Source: Pseudomonadota bacterium
GTDB taxonomy: Bacteria > Pseudomonadota > Alphaproteobacteria > Rhizobiales > Beijerinckiaceae
Direction: 5' to 3'
Assembly: GCA_021804825.1 (NCBI GenBank)
Contig: JAJZGX010000002.1
Location: forward strand, 2,760 to 66,759
Length of the DNA stretch: 64,000 bases
Below the pieces are notes generated by a model. The model did no database searches and was not told where the DNA came from. It saw nothing but the letters and a program-made list of their open reading frames with translations. Below, one piece after another: positions 46,443 through 55,361 of this stretch. Made by a program: the position numbers and the translations under genes. How positions within the stretch are numbered: the first letter of the stretch is position 1; each line of letters begins with the position of its first letter.

Positions 46443-47348
46443 ATGCCTGCCCTGAGTCGTCATCTGCGCGCGCTGGAAAGCGAGGCGATTTTCATCATGC
46501 GCGAGACAGTGGCAGAATTTGCGCATCCCGTGATGCTGTATTCGATCGGCAAGGATTCCAGCGTCATGCTGCATGTGGCGCTCAAGGCCTTCAGTCCCGG
46601 TCGCCTGCCGTTCCCGCTGCTGCATGTCGATACGACATGGAAATTTCGTGAAATGATCGCCTTTCGCGATGCGGTGGCCGCGCGCCATGAGCTGAAGATG
46701 ATTGTCCATATCAACCAGCAGGGGCTTGAACGCGGTGTTTCGCCGATCACTTCCGGGTCGTCGGTGCACACCCATGTCATGAAGACCGAGGGGCTGCGCC
46801 AAGCGCTGGACCAGCACCAGTTTGACGCAGCCTTCGGCGGGGCGCGGCGCGACGAAGAAAAATCGCGCGCCAAGGAACGCATCTTTTCGCACCGGTCGTC
46901 GGCCCATGCGTGGGATCCGCGCAACCAGCGCCCGGAATTGTGGAATCTTTTCAACACCCGCATCAAGCGCGGTGAATCCATGCGGGTGTTCCCCCTGTCG
47001 AACTGGACCGAGGCCGACGTGTGGGATTATATTGCCGCCGAAAATATCGCGGTGCCGGACCTTTATTTAGCCAAGCCGCGCCCGGTCGTCTGGCGCGACG
47101 GCACCTGGATCATGGTCGATGATGAGCGCTTGCCGTTGTTGCCGGGCGAGAACCCGGAGATCAAGATGGTGCGCTTTCGCACGCTTGGCTGCTATCCGCT
47201 GACCGGTGCCGTGCCATCGACCGCCACCACCTTGCCCGAGATCATCGCCGAAATGCGCAGTTCCAGCGTGTCTGAACGCCAGGGACGCCTGATTGACGCC
47301 GATGAGACCGGGTCGATGGAAAAGAAAAAGCGTGAGGGATATTTCTGA
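46443..47348 (+). CDS. cysD: Sulfate adenylyltransferase subunit 2
   Basis: 301 aa: [14 protein letters not shown].., [16 protein letters not shown] (PP-loop), ..[18 protein letters not shown]-terminus. Confidence 0.95.
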   Translation: MPALSRHLRALESEAIFIMRETVAEFAHPVMLYSIGKDSSVMLHVALKAFSPGRLPFPLLHVDTTWKFREMIAFRDAVAARHELKMIVHINQQGLERGVSPITSGSSVHTHVMKTEGLRQALDQHQFDAAFGGARRDEEKSRAKERIFSHRSSAHAWDPRNQRPELWNLFNTRIKRGESMRVFPLSNWTEADVWDYIAAENIAVPDLYLAKPRPVVWRDGTWIMVDDERLPLLPGENPEIKMVRFRTLGCYPLTGAVPSTATTLPEIIAEMRSSSVSERQGRLIDADETGSMEKKKREGYF

Positions 47349-47349
47349 C

Positions 47350-49260
47350 ATGACCGCTCATGCCCTAGCCAGCGCCGATGCTCCTGCGTCCGCCGCTGCC
47401 CTTGCCACGAATTCTTTGGATTTGCCGACATTGCGCTTCATCACCTGCGGGTCGGTGGATGATGGCAAATCGACGCTGATCGGCCGTCTGCTGTTCGAGC
47501 GCCGCCTGATCCCCGATGATTTGCTTGCAACCCTGCGGCGCGACAGTCTGCGCCATGGCACGGATGGCGACAATATCGACTATGCCTTGCTGGTAGATGG
47601 TCTCGAAGCCGAGCGCGAACAGGGCATCACCATTGATGTCGCCTGGCGCTATTTTGCCACGCCGACCCGCTCCTTCATGGTGGCAGATACGCCCGGCCAT
47701 GAGCAATATACCCGCAATATGGCGACCGGCGCTTCGCAGGCCGATTGCGCTGTGGTGCTGGTTGATGCGCGCAAGGGCGTCTCGCGCCAAACGCGACGCC
47801 ACGCTGCCATTGTCGCGCTGATGGGGGTTCGTCATGTCATTCTGGCGGTCAACAAGATCGACCTGGTTGCTTATGATGCCGCCGTCTTCCATGCCATTGC
47901 CGCTGAATTTACCGCTTTCGCCACGCGTCTGGGGCTTGAAGGCGTCGTCGCTCTGCCTCTGGCGGCGCGGTTTGGCGATAATATGTCGGCGCGGGGCGAG
48001 CGGCTGGGCTGGTTTGATGGCCCGACGCTGATCGAAGCGCTGGAGCGTGTCAGCATCACGTCAACCATGGTGCCCCTGCCTTTTCGCATGTGGGTGCAAT
48101 GGGTAAACCGGCCCGATCTGAATTTTCGCGGGTTGGCGGGGACCATTGCCAGCGGCAGCATCGGCGTTGGCGACAGCGTGGTGATGGCACCCTCGGGGGC
48201 TAGTGCCAAAATCCGCCGCATCCACACGGCCGATGGTGATCTCACCCGCGCCACAACCGGCGATGCCGTCAGCCTCGTGCTCGATCACGAAATCGATGCG
48301 GCGCGCGGCGACCTTGTTTCGATGCCGGAAAGTCGTCCGCAGGTTGCTGACCAATTTGCCGCGCATCTCATCTGGATGAGCGCGGACAAGCTGTTGCCGG
48401 GCCGCTCTTATCTGATGAAAATCGGCTCGCGGTTGGTGCCGACTTCCGTGACCGCCATCCGCAGGCGCATCGATGTCGATACTCTGGAACCGCTGGCCGC
48501 CGCGACTCTCGACCTCAACGAGATCGGCGTCTGCAACCTGTCGACCAGCGTGCCGATCAGCTTTGATGCCTATGCCGACAATCACGCCACCGGGGCTTTC
48601 ATTCTGATCGACCGCGAAACCAATGTTACGGCAGCGGCGGGCATGATTGATTTTGCGCTGCGGCGGGCCACCAATGTCCATCGTCAGGCCTTGGTGATCA
48701 ACAAGGCCGAGCGCGCCACACTCAAGGGCCAAAAGCCGCTGATCCTGTGGTTTACCGGCCTTTCCGGGTCCGGCAAATCGACCATCGCCAATCTGGTGGA
48801 GGCGAGGCTGCACGCCATGAGCGCCCACACCACCTTGCTCGATGGCGATAATATGCGCCATGGTCTCAACCGCAACCTTGGCTTCACCAATGCTGACCGG
48901 GTGGAAAATATCCGACGTGTTGGCGAAGTCGCCAAACTGATGCTGGAAGCGGGCGTCATCGCGCTGTGCTCGTTCATCTCGCCCTTCAAAGCTGATCGCG
49001 ATATGGTGCGGGCACTGGTCGAACCCGGTGAATTCATCGAAATTTACGTCGAGACCAGCCTGGAAGCCTGTATCGCCCGCGATACCAAGGGCCTCTACAA
49101 GCGCGCCTTGGCAGGCCAGATCAAGAATTTCACGGGGATCGATCAGCCCTATGAGGCACCGGAAGCCGCTGAACTGGTGCTGACCACCGAAGGCGCATCG
49201 GCAGAGGCTCTGGCTGATCGGGTGATCGACTATGTGCTCGCGCACGGCATGCGGGGCTGA
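47350..49260 (+). CDS. cysNC: Bifunctional sulfate adenylyltransferase subunit 1 / adenylylsulfate (APS) kinase (CysN-CysC fusion, NodQ-like)
   Basis: Start re-set to ATG 47350, 1 nt after the cysD stop. GTPase motifs are GSVDDGKST, DTPGHEQY and NKID. The C-terminal APS kinase has the P-loop GLSGSGKST. Confidence 0.93.
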   Translation: MTAHALASADAPASAAALATNSLDLPTLRFITCGSVDDGKSTLIGRLLFERRLIPDDLLATLRRDSLRHGTDGDNIDYALLVDGLEAEREQGITIDVAWRYFATPTRSFMVADTPGHEQYTRNMATGASQADCAVVLVDARKGVSRQTRRHAAIVALMGVRHVILAVNKIDLVAYDAAVFHAIAAEFTAFATRLGLEGVVALPLAARFGDNMSARGERLGWFDGPTLIEALERVSITSTMVPLPFRMWVQWVNRPDLNFRGLAGTIASGSIGVGDSVVMAPSGASAKIRRIHTADGDLTRATTGDAVSLVLDHEIDAARGDLVSMPESRPQVADQFAAHLIWMSADKLLPGRSYLMKIGSRLVPTSVTAIRRRIDVDTLEPLAAATLDLNEIGVCNLSTSVPISFDAYADNHATGAFILIDRETNVTAAAGMIDFALRRATNVHRQALVINKAERATLKGQKPLILWFTGLSGSGKSTIANLVEARLHAMSAHTTLLDGDNMRHGLNRNLGFTNADRVENIRRVGEVAKLMLEAGVIALCSFISPFKADRDMVRALVEPGEFIEIYVETSLEACIARDTKGLYKRALAGQIKNFTGIDQPYEAPEAAELVLTTEGASAEALADRVIDYVLAHGMRG

Positions 49261-49277
49261 GCGCGGGCCTCGCAGGC

Positions 49278-49320
49278 AAAAAAATCCCTGACCGCAGGTC
49301 GCTGCGATCAGGGATTTTTG
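49278..49320. terminator. Bidirectional rho-independent terminator between convergent cysNC and the porin gene
   Basis: The A7 run is followed by a 14-bp stem (atccctgaccgcag / ctgcgatcagggat, one mismatch, 4-nt loop) and then T5. It lies 18 nt after the cysNC stop and 28 nt after the porin stop. Confidence 0.8.
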
Positions 49321-49347
49321 TTATGAACAGTTCCTTGCAGCGGATTT

Positions 49348-50601
49348 TCAGAAAATCACGCCGGTTTCGAGCTTGAAGCGGGTCTGCGAGGTCTTGTTGC
49401 CGAGCGGGCCAAACTCGAGAGGCGCGGTGCCGTTCTGCAACTTCACATAGGAAACCTCGCCACGCACGAAGAAGCGCTTGTATTGGTAGGTTGGCGTGAA
49501 GGTCGCCGAATAGGCCTTGCTGCCCGGCCCGTTGATGAGGCTTGGCCCTGTGGTGGCATTGCCGGTCGAAGAAATATATTCAAGACGGATGGGCAGGCTC
49601 AGACCGGCAAGAAAGCTGGTCGTGGGGAAGCTGTAATTGGCAAAGAGGCCAATGCCTGCGGTGCTGCCTGAAGTCGTCGCTGCCGTGGTGAAGTTAGGGT
49701 CGAGATTAGCAGGTGTGTAAGCTGCCAAAGCAGGAACCGCCGTATATTGCACATAGGCTTCCAAGGTCCACGGCGAATTGGTGTAGGTGTAGATCAAATT
49801 ATACATTTGCGAATTGTTTTGCAGGATCGGCGTGACGATCGTGTTGACGCGCGTGCGCTGCAAATTGCCCTCAGCGATGAAGGCCAGCGAATTTTGCGGG
49901 TTGATGGTGTAGGTCGCCGAACCGGACAACCAGCTGTAGTGGTTCGAGTCAAAGCCATCATTCAGTGAAGCTGACAAAGCCACGGGCCCCAGGGTGTAGT
50001 TGAACTGGATACCCTTGCTGACCGCCGTTTCCTGATTCCAGAGCAGGCCGCGATCAATATTCATGTTTTGAAAGGTGAAATTATATTCCGCACCAATCAA
50101 TGTCGGCAAGGCACCGATTTCGAAAGAGAACGAATCGGTCGGAGCAATTTTCAGGAAGGCTTCCGGCACATAGGAGAAGAAATCATGGGTCGCGCGCAGC
50201 GACCTGAAATAGGGCGTGCCAAGTGCCGGCAGTGAATAAGCACCCAACTGTGCGTAAAACTGAATCGGGCCATCTACCTTCTGGATGAAGATTTGCGCAT
50301 TGGTCAGATCAGCCAGAGATTTCTTGTCGGTAAAGAAGGGGCTGACAATCACATTGTCCTGCGTTTGCGCCACGCCGCTCAAAACGCCGGTGATATAAAT
50401 TTTGCCGAAGGGAGTCGCGAAATTGAACGGGTCAGGATTGGCCGTCAAAGGCCCGGCGAAAGCCGGAAGCAACACTGGCGGTGCCGGAGCTGCCGGCCCT
50501 TTTGGCACGGGGGCAGCGCCGTTGTCGGTAAGGTCCGACGCAGCCGCGTAGCCGCTGACCAAAAGCATGGCAAAGAGATATTTCAAAACCGCGGGTTTCA
50601 T
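49348..50601 (-). CDS. Outer-membrane beta-barrel porin (OmpL/BBP2-like)
   Basis: Start re-set to ATG 50601 (MKPAVLKYLFAMLLVSGYAAA/SD signal). Alternating amphipathic beta-strand pattern, Asn/Thr/Tyr-rich, terminal ..KLETGVIF (C-terminal Phe OMP signature). Confidence 0.8.
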   Translation of the reverse strand: MKPAVLKYLFAMLLVSGYAAASDLTDNGAAPVPKGPAAPAPPVLLPAFAGPLTANPDPFNFATPFGKIYITGVLSGVAQTQDNVIVSPFFTDKKSLADLTNAQIFIQKVDGPIQFYAQLGAYSLPALGTPYFRSLRATHDFFSYVPEAFLKIAPTDSFSFEIGALPTLIGAEYNFTFQNMNIDRGLLWNQETAVSKGIQFNYTLGPVALSASLNDGFDSNHYSWLSGSATYTINPQNSLAFIAEGNLQRTRVNTIVTPILQNNSQMYNLIYTYTNSPWTLEAYVQYTAVPALAAYTPANLDPNFTTAATTSGSTAGIGLFANYSFPTTSFLAGLSLPIRLEYISSTGNATTGPSLINGPGSKAYSATFTPTYQYKRFFVRGEVSYVKLQNGTAPLEFGPLGNKTSQTRFKLETGVIF

Positions 50602-50671
50602 GGAGGTGCTCCCAAATTGATGGCTTAGCTTGCCTAATGAAATCAATCGCGCGCAAGACAAAATGTTGAGC

Positions 50672-50697
50672 AACTGCCTATATTTAAGGCAGTTTTT
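50672..50697. other. Perfect 8-bp stem-loop with T-run in the porin upstream / rhaI downstream spacer
   Basis: aactgcct-atattta-aggcagtt followed by ttt on the plus strand. On the minus strand it lies in the presumed porin leader, about 200 nt after the rhaI stop. Confidence 0.4.
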
Positions 50698-50712
50698 CGG
50701 TCTATGCCAATC

Positions 50713-50729
50713 TGATCAATGATTGATCA
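50713..50729. promoter_or_regulatory. Perfect 17-bp palindrome, candidate operator upstream of the porin gene
   Basis: TGATCAAT-G-ATTGATCA, about 110-130 nt upstream of the porin ATG (50601). Confidence 0.45.
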
Positions 50730-50902
50730 CCGGCGTTGCAAAATTGACACACTTTTGCCAGTGCACCGAGGCCTGTGCTCAGCCTGTAAGCGACGGTTGC
50801 GCGGCCGCCGCCAGGCTTGCGGCAAGTCAGACGGCACTTTCAACATGGAGTTGGCGAATCAGGGCAGTTGACGCGCAAAGGTACGCGTCCTCAGGCGGTG
50901 CT

Positions 50903-52195
50903 TCAGACGATCCCCGCCGCTGCGACAGCCGCTGCGGGGCGCTCGCTGGCCTTGTAGTGCCGGTATTGCGAAGCGCGATAGGTCTTGAGCGGCGCAATCG
51001 CCCCGCCGGACAGGCGTCGTACCTCGGCCAGCAGCGGCGAAACATCGGTGTTGAAGGCCGCCTTCAGGATGTTATGCGCGCCGAGCGCATCGTTCCGAGC
51101 CTGTGCCTCGGCCAACGCTGCGCGATCCACCAGCAAAGCCTGCGCATAAGCGCGCTGGATCGAGACCGCTGACGAGAGCAGGCTTTCGATGGGATCGGTG
51201 ACATTATGGGACTGGTCAATCATGTAGGCCGGCGCAAATTCCGCCGCGCCGCGCGCGGTGGCATCGACCAATTCATTGAAGACCAGAAACAGCCGGAAAG
51301 GATCGACCGATCCCGAATCGAGATCATCGTCGCCATAGCGCGAATCATTGAAATGAAACCCTGCCAGCTTGCGCAAATGCACCAGTCTCGCGACAATCTG
51401 CTCGATATTGACGGTGGGCGCATGGTGACCAAGGTCAACGAGGCATTTGGCCTTAGGGCCCAGCGCCGCCGCTGCCGCGTAACTCGTGCCCCAATCGGCA
51501 ATGACCGTGGCATAGAACGCCGGCTCATAAAGCTTGTGTTCAATGAAAATCTGCCAATCGGCAGGAAGCGCGGCATAGATTGCCGTCATGGACTCAAGAT
51601 AGCGCTCGAAACTCGTGGTCAGGTTGGATTGTCCGGCAAAATTCGAGCCATCGCCGATCCATACTGTCAAAGCCTTGGAGCCCAATGCCGCGCCGCGCTT
51701 GATACACTCGATGTTGTGGGCGATGGCATGGTCGCGGACCGCTGCATCCGTATGGGTGAGCGAACCGAAGCGGTAGGATTGCGTCGCCCCTGCCTGATCC
51801 TGAAATGTGTTGGAATTGACCGCGTCAAAGCCGAGCCCCAAGGCCTGCGCATAAGTTTTCAGCGCGGCGCTGTCATCGACCTTGTCCCACGGGAAATGCA
51901 GCGAAATGTTGGGCGTGGCGCGCACCAGTTGCTGCACGGTCGCGCAATCATCGAGCTTTTCGTAAATGCCGCGCGGCTCGCCCGCCATCGGAAAACGGGC
52001 AAAGCGCGTGCCGCCCGTGCCCACACCCCATGAGGGCAGCGCCACCTGAAACTGCTTCAGGGCGGCCAGCACCGGCGCCAGCGCAATGCCGCGCCGCCGC
52101 AGGTTTCGGGTCAGGGCCTCAAGGTCTTCTTCCAGTGCCGAAGCTTCAGCACCATTGGCTTGCTCAATAAACGCCTGGTCAATGCGAAACGTCAT
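50903..52195 (-). CDS. rhaI: L-rhamnose isomerase (Pseudomonas stutzeri/Rhizobium type)
   Basis: 430 aa: ..QVALPSWGVGTGGTRFARFP..GEPR.., a xylose-isomerase-like TIM barrel. It is paired with rhaD and divergent from rhaRSTPQUK, as in Rhizobium leguminosarum. Confidence 0.88.
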   Translation of the reverse strand: MTFRIDQAFIEQANGAEASALEEDLEALTRNLRRRGIALAPVLAALKQFQVALPSWGVGTGGTRFARFPMAGEPRGIYEKLDDCATVQQLVRATPNISLHFPWDKVDDSAALKTYAQALGLGFDAVNSNTFQDQAGATQSYRFGSLTHTDAAVRDHAIAHNIECIKRGAALGSKALTVWIGDGSNFAGQSNLTTSFERYLESMTAIYAALPADWQIFIEHKLYEPAFYATVIADWGTSYAAAAALGPKAKCLVDLGHHAPTVNIEQIVARLVHLRKLAGFHFNDSRYGDDDLDSGSVDPFRLFLVFNELVDATARGAAEFAPAYMIDQSHNVTDPIESLLSSAVSIQRAYAQALLVDRAALAEAQARNDALGAHNILKAAFNTDVSPLLAEVRRLSGGAIAPLKTYRASQYRHYKASERPAAAVAAAGIV

Positions 52196-52204
52196 AGCCG
52201 CTTC

Positions 52205-54304
52205 CTATCGCGTAAAGGCTTGGGCATTGCCCGCATCGACATTGACGATATTGCCGGTGGATTTTTCCGCAAGCGGCCCGGCCAGAAAGGCTACGGCCTC
52301 GGCGACATCTTCGGGCAGGACAGCGCGTTTCAGCAGCGAGCGCTGGCGGTAAACCTCTTCGAGGTCGTCCTCGCTGACATGGTTGGAGCGCGCACGCTGG
52401 GCGCGCCATTCACCTTGCCAGATTTTCGAACCGCGCAGCACGGCGTCGGGATTGACCGTGTTGACCCTGATGCCAAAAGCTGCGCCTTCCAGCGCAAGGC
52501 ATCGTGCCAGATGAATTTCCGCCGCCTTGGCCGTGCAATAGGCCGAAGCGCCGGGCGAGGCCGCAAGGCCGTTCTTGGAGGCAACAAACACGAGGCTCCC
52601 GCCCATGTTCTGCTGCTGCATCAGCCGGAAAGCCTGGCGGGCCACCATGAAATAGCCGGTTGCGAGAATATCCATATTGCTCTGCCACAGGGCGAGCGAC
52701 GTTTCGGCCACCGGCGCAGCCGAGGCAATGCCGGCGTTGGAAATGACAATGTCAACGCCGCCATATTCCCGCGCGACAACATCATAGCCAGCGATCACGC
52801 TGGATTCTTTTGTGACGTCAAGCAAGGTGCCGCGCACCTGATCGGCACCAAATCCACTTGCGAGCGCAGCCTGAGCTTGCTTCAGCGCGGCTTCGTCGAT
52901 GTCGGCCAGCAGCACGCATGCGCCATCTTTCAGCAGGCGGGCAGCGACCGCCGCCCCGATGCCGCCGGCCCCGCCAGTAATCAGCGCCACGCGACCCGTC
53001 AGGGGTTTCGGCTTGGGCATGCGCTGCAACTTGGCCTCTTCGAGCAGCCAGTATTCAATGTCGAACGCCTCCTGGCGAGGCAGACCGACATAGGTGCTGA
53101 CGCCCGAAGCCCCGCGCATGACATTGATGGCATTGACGTAAAATTCCGCCGCAATGCGTGCCGTCGCCTTGTCGCGGGCAAAGGACATCATGCCGAGGCC
53201 GGGAATGAGGAATATCACCGGATTGGCATCGCGCATGGCTGGCGAGTTGGGATGGCGACAGGCCTCGTAATAGGCGCCATAGGTGGCGCGATAGTCAGCT
53301 ATGGCGGCATCCAGCCCGGCGATCAGCTTGTCGAGGTCTGGCGCTGCGGGGTCAAATTCCAGCACCAACGGGCAGATTTTGGTGCGCAGGAAATGATCCG
53401 GGCATGAGGTGCCAAGCGGCGCCAGCGCCGCCAACTCATGGCTGCACACGAAATCCAGCACCGCGGGGGCATCGGTGAAATGGCCAATCTTGGGGCTGGT
53501 CGGTGTAGAAATCCTGCCGCGCACGGCAACCATCAGGCTTTGCGCCAGTTGGGTGCGGGTGGCGGTGTCCAACACCAAGGTTTTGGGGCCGCCGAAGGCG
53601 GGCTGACGCTCGTTTTCGGCGAGCCAGTCGGCCGCCTTCTGGATGATGCGCAGCGTGGCTTCATAACAGTCCTGAGCGGTTTCAGCCCAGGTGAACAGCC
53701 CATGGCCGCCCAGCACCACGCCGACATATTCGGGATGGGCGGTCGCCATGGTACCAAGTTTCAGGCCGAGATCAAACCCCGGACGCTGCCAAGGCAGGAA
53801 GCCGATTTCAGCGCCATAAACCTCGCGCGTCAGCCGTTCGGCATCCTGTGACGCCGCCAAGGCGATCACCGCGTCGGCATGGACGTGATCGACGTGCTTG
53901 TGCGGCACGAAGCCATGCAGTGCCGTGTCGATCGAGGTGGCACGCGGGTTGAGATTGAAGGTGCAATGTTCAAACAGCCCGACCATGCGATCTTCATCGG
54001 CAAGACCACGATAATGGCCCTTCAGACTTTCGAGCTTGTCCATGTAGAGCGTGGCAAAGCCATCGCGTTTCATCGAGCCGATATCACCGCCCGAGCCCTT
54101 GACCCACAAGACAGTGACCGGCGCGCCGGTCAGTGGATCAGTCTCGATGATTTTAGCCGACGTATTGCCGCCGCCAAAATTGGTGATGCGCAAATCAGAC
54201 CCTAAAAGGTTCGAGCGCAGCAGCAGCAACCCGGCTTCATCAAGGCCTGCGGCATCGGCCTCGCGCCACAGGTTGGGCAAGCGATCAGCATGTCGAGCAG
54301 TCAT
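52205..54304 (-). CDS. rhaD: Bifunctional rhamnulose-1-phosphate aldolase / SDR-type dehydrogenase
   Basis: Start re-set to ATG 54304 (GGAGG 8 nt upstream); the ORF track begins at TTG 54331. The N-terminal class II aldolase/adducin domain is followed by a C-terminal SDR (ITGGAGGIG, YCTAKAA). Confidence 0.9.
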   Translation of the reverse strand: MTARHADRLPNLWREADAAGLDEAGLLLLRSNLLGSDLRITNFGGGNTSAKIIETDPLTGAPVTVLWVKGSGGDIGSMKRDGFATLYMDKLESLKGHYRGLADEDRMVGLFEHCTFNLNPRATSIDTALHGFVPHKHVDHVHADAVIALAASQDAERLTREVYGAEIGFLPWQRPGFDLGLKLGTMATAHPEYVGVVLGGHGLFTWAETAQDCYEATLRIIQKAADWLAENERQPAFGGPKTLVLDTATRTQLAQSLMVAVRGRISTPTSPKIGHFTDAPAVLDFVCSHELAALAPLGTSCPDHFLRTKICPLVLEFDPAAPDLDKLIAGLDAAIADYRATYGAYYEACRHPNSPAMRDANPVIFLIPGLGMMSFARDKATARIAAEFYVNAINVMRGASGVSTYVGLPRQEAFDIEYWLLEEAKLQRMPKPKPLTGRVALITGGAGGIGAAVAARLLKDGACVLLADIDEAALKQAQAALASGFGADQVRGTLLDVTKESSVIAGYDVVAREYGGVDIVISNAGIASAAPVAETSLALWQSNMDILATGYFMVARQAFRLMQQQNMGGSLVFVASKNGLAASPGASAYCTAKAAEIHLARCLALEGAAFGIRVNTVNPDAVLRGSKIWQGEWRAQRARSNHVSEDDLEEVYRQRSLLKRAVLPEDVAEAVAFLAGPLAEKSTGNIVNVDAGNAQAFTR

Positions 54305-54346
54305 CCAAGGGGCCTCCAAAATTTTGATCAACTTGAACCGTCATAT

Positions 54347-54399
54347 GCGCAAAGTCAATCATTTGCGCCATAGTCGCGTCATTTTTCAATCAAATGAGC
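54347..54399. promoter_or_regulatory. Candidate RhaR (DeoR-type) operator region in the rhaD/rhaR divergent spacer
   Basis: The direct repeat TCAATCAtTTGcGC (54355-54368) and TCAATCAaATGaGC (54386-54399) is spaced 31 bp. The first copy is embedded in the palindrome GCGCAAA-n8-TTTGCGC (54347-54368). Related inverted copies ttttgatca (54322-54330) and tttgattgc (54446-54454) are also present. Confidence 0.45.
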
Positions 54400-54475
54400 A
54401 ATTGTGATTATATATGACGATTTCATATTGACATCATCGCGTGGTTTTGATTGCATGGCATTGTGGAGGGCTACA

Positions 54476-55297
54476 ATGCACGAGCGTGAGCGCTGTCAAA
54501 TCATCACCGGACTGTTGCAAAGCCAAGGGCTTGTAGCGGTCGCGGCGGCCTGTTCAGCAACGCAAGCCTCACCCGCAACCATCCGCCGCGATTTTGCTGC
54601 CCTTGCAACGCAGGGCGTGGCCCGCCGGGTCCATGGCGGCCTCGAACTCGTTCAGCTGGCCTTTACCGGCGAGGCTGGCGCGCCGCATCTGGCGACGCGC
54701 TCGTTCATTGCCAGCCAGACGCACCGCAGCGCCGAAAAACGCGCCATCGCACGCCGCGCCGTTGAATTATGCAGCGATGGCGAGACCATCATCATTAACG
54801 GCGGCACCACAACTTATGAGATGGGGGCGTTCCTGCGTCCCCGGCGTCTCAAAATTCTCACCAATTCATATCCGCTCGCCGAGCAGTTGATCCGCGACAG
54901 CCAATGTCGGGTCGCGCTGCCCGGCGGCGAGGTTTACCGCGAACAGCGGCTCATCGTCTCGCCTTTCGATGATGATGCGATCCAGCATTATTCGGCGAGC
55001 CGCATGTTCATGAGCGCCGTGTCGATTGGCCCGCTCGGGGTGCTCGAGGGCGATCCGCTGATCGCGCGGGCCGAATCAAAGCTGCTGAAGCGCGCCGAAA
55101 AGCTGGTGGTGCTGGCGGACGGCTCAAAATTTGCGCCGCGCGGCTCCTTGGTGGTGTGCCCGCTGTCGCGCATTGATCTTCTCATCACCGATCCTTCCGC
55201 GCCCGAGCATGCGCTGGAAATCCTGCGCGCGGCGGGCGTGCGGATCGAGGTGTGCCAACTATCCAGGAATGAGGACAGGCCTTTGACCGCAGCCTGA
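54476..55297 (+). CDS. rhaR: DeoR-family transcriptional repressor of rhamnose catabolism
   Basis: Start re-set to ATG 54476 behind GGAGGG: MHERERCQIITGLLQSQGLVAV..ASPATIRRDF (HTH), followed by a DeoR C-terminal sensor domain. Confidence 0.88.
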   Translation: MHERERCQIITGLLQSQGLVAVAAACSATQASPATIRRDFAALATQGVARRVHGGLELVQLAFTGEAGAPHLATRSFIASQTHRSAEKRAIARRAVELCSDGETIIINGGTTTYEMGAFLRPRRLKILTNSYPLAEQLIRDSQCRVALPGGEVYREQRLIVSPFDDDAIQHYSASRMFMSAVSIGPLGVLEGDPLIARAESKLLKRAEKLVVLADGSKFAPRGSLVVCPLSRIDLLITDPSAPEHALEILRAAGVRIEVCQLSRNEDRPLTAA

Positions 55298-55361
55298 TCC
55301 CTGAAACACAGCCTAAAGGTCACTCAAAACCGCAACAAGGCGGATCATCAAGGAGGAAATC

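Noticed and set aside
46408-46452. 14-codon mini-ORF ([14 protein letters not shown]) just upstream of, and overlapping, the cysD start
   Set aside because: The AGGAG abuts the ATG with no spacing, so initiation is unlikely. It shows no attenuator-like features.
50713-50729. Interpretation of the porin palindrome as a Fur box or a RirA IRO box
   Set aside because: The match to either consensus is only partial, and the arm spacing differs from TGA-n9-TCA. I kept it as a generic operator candidate only.
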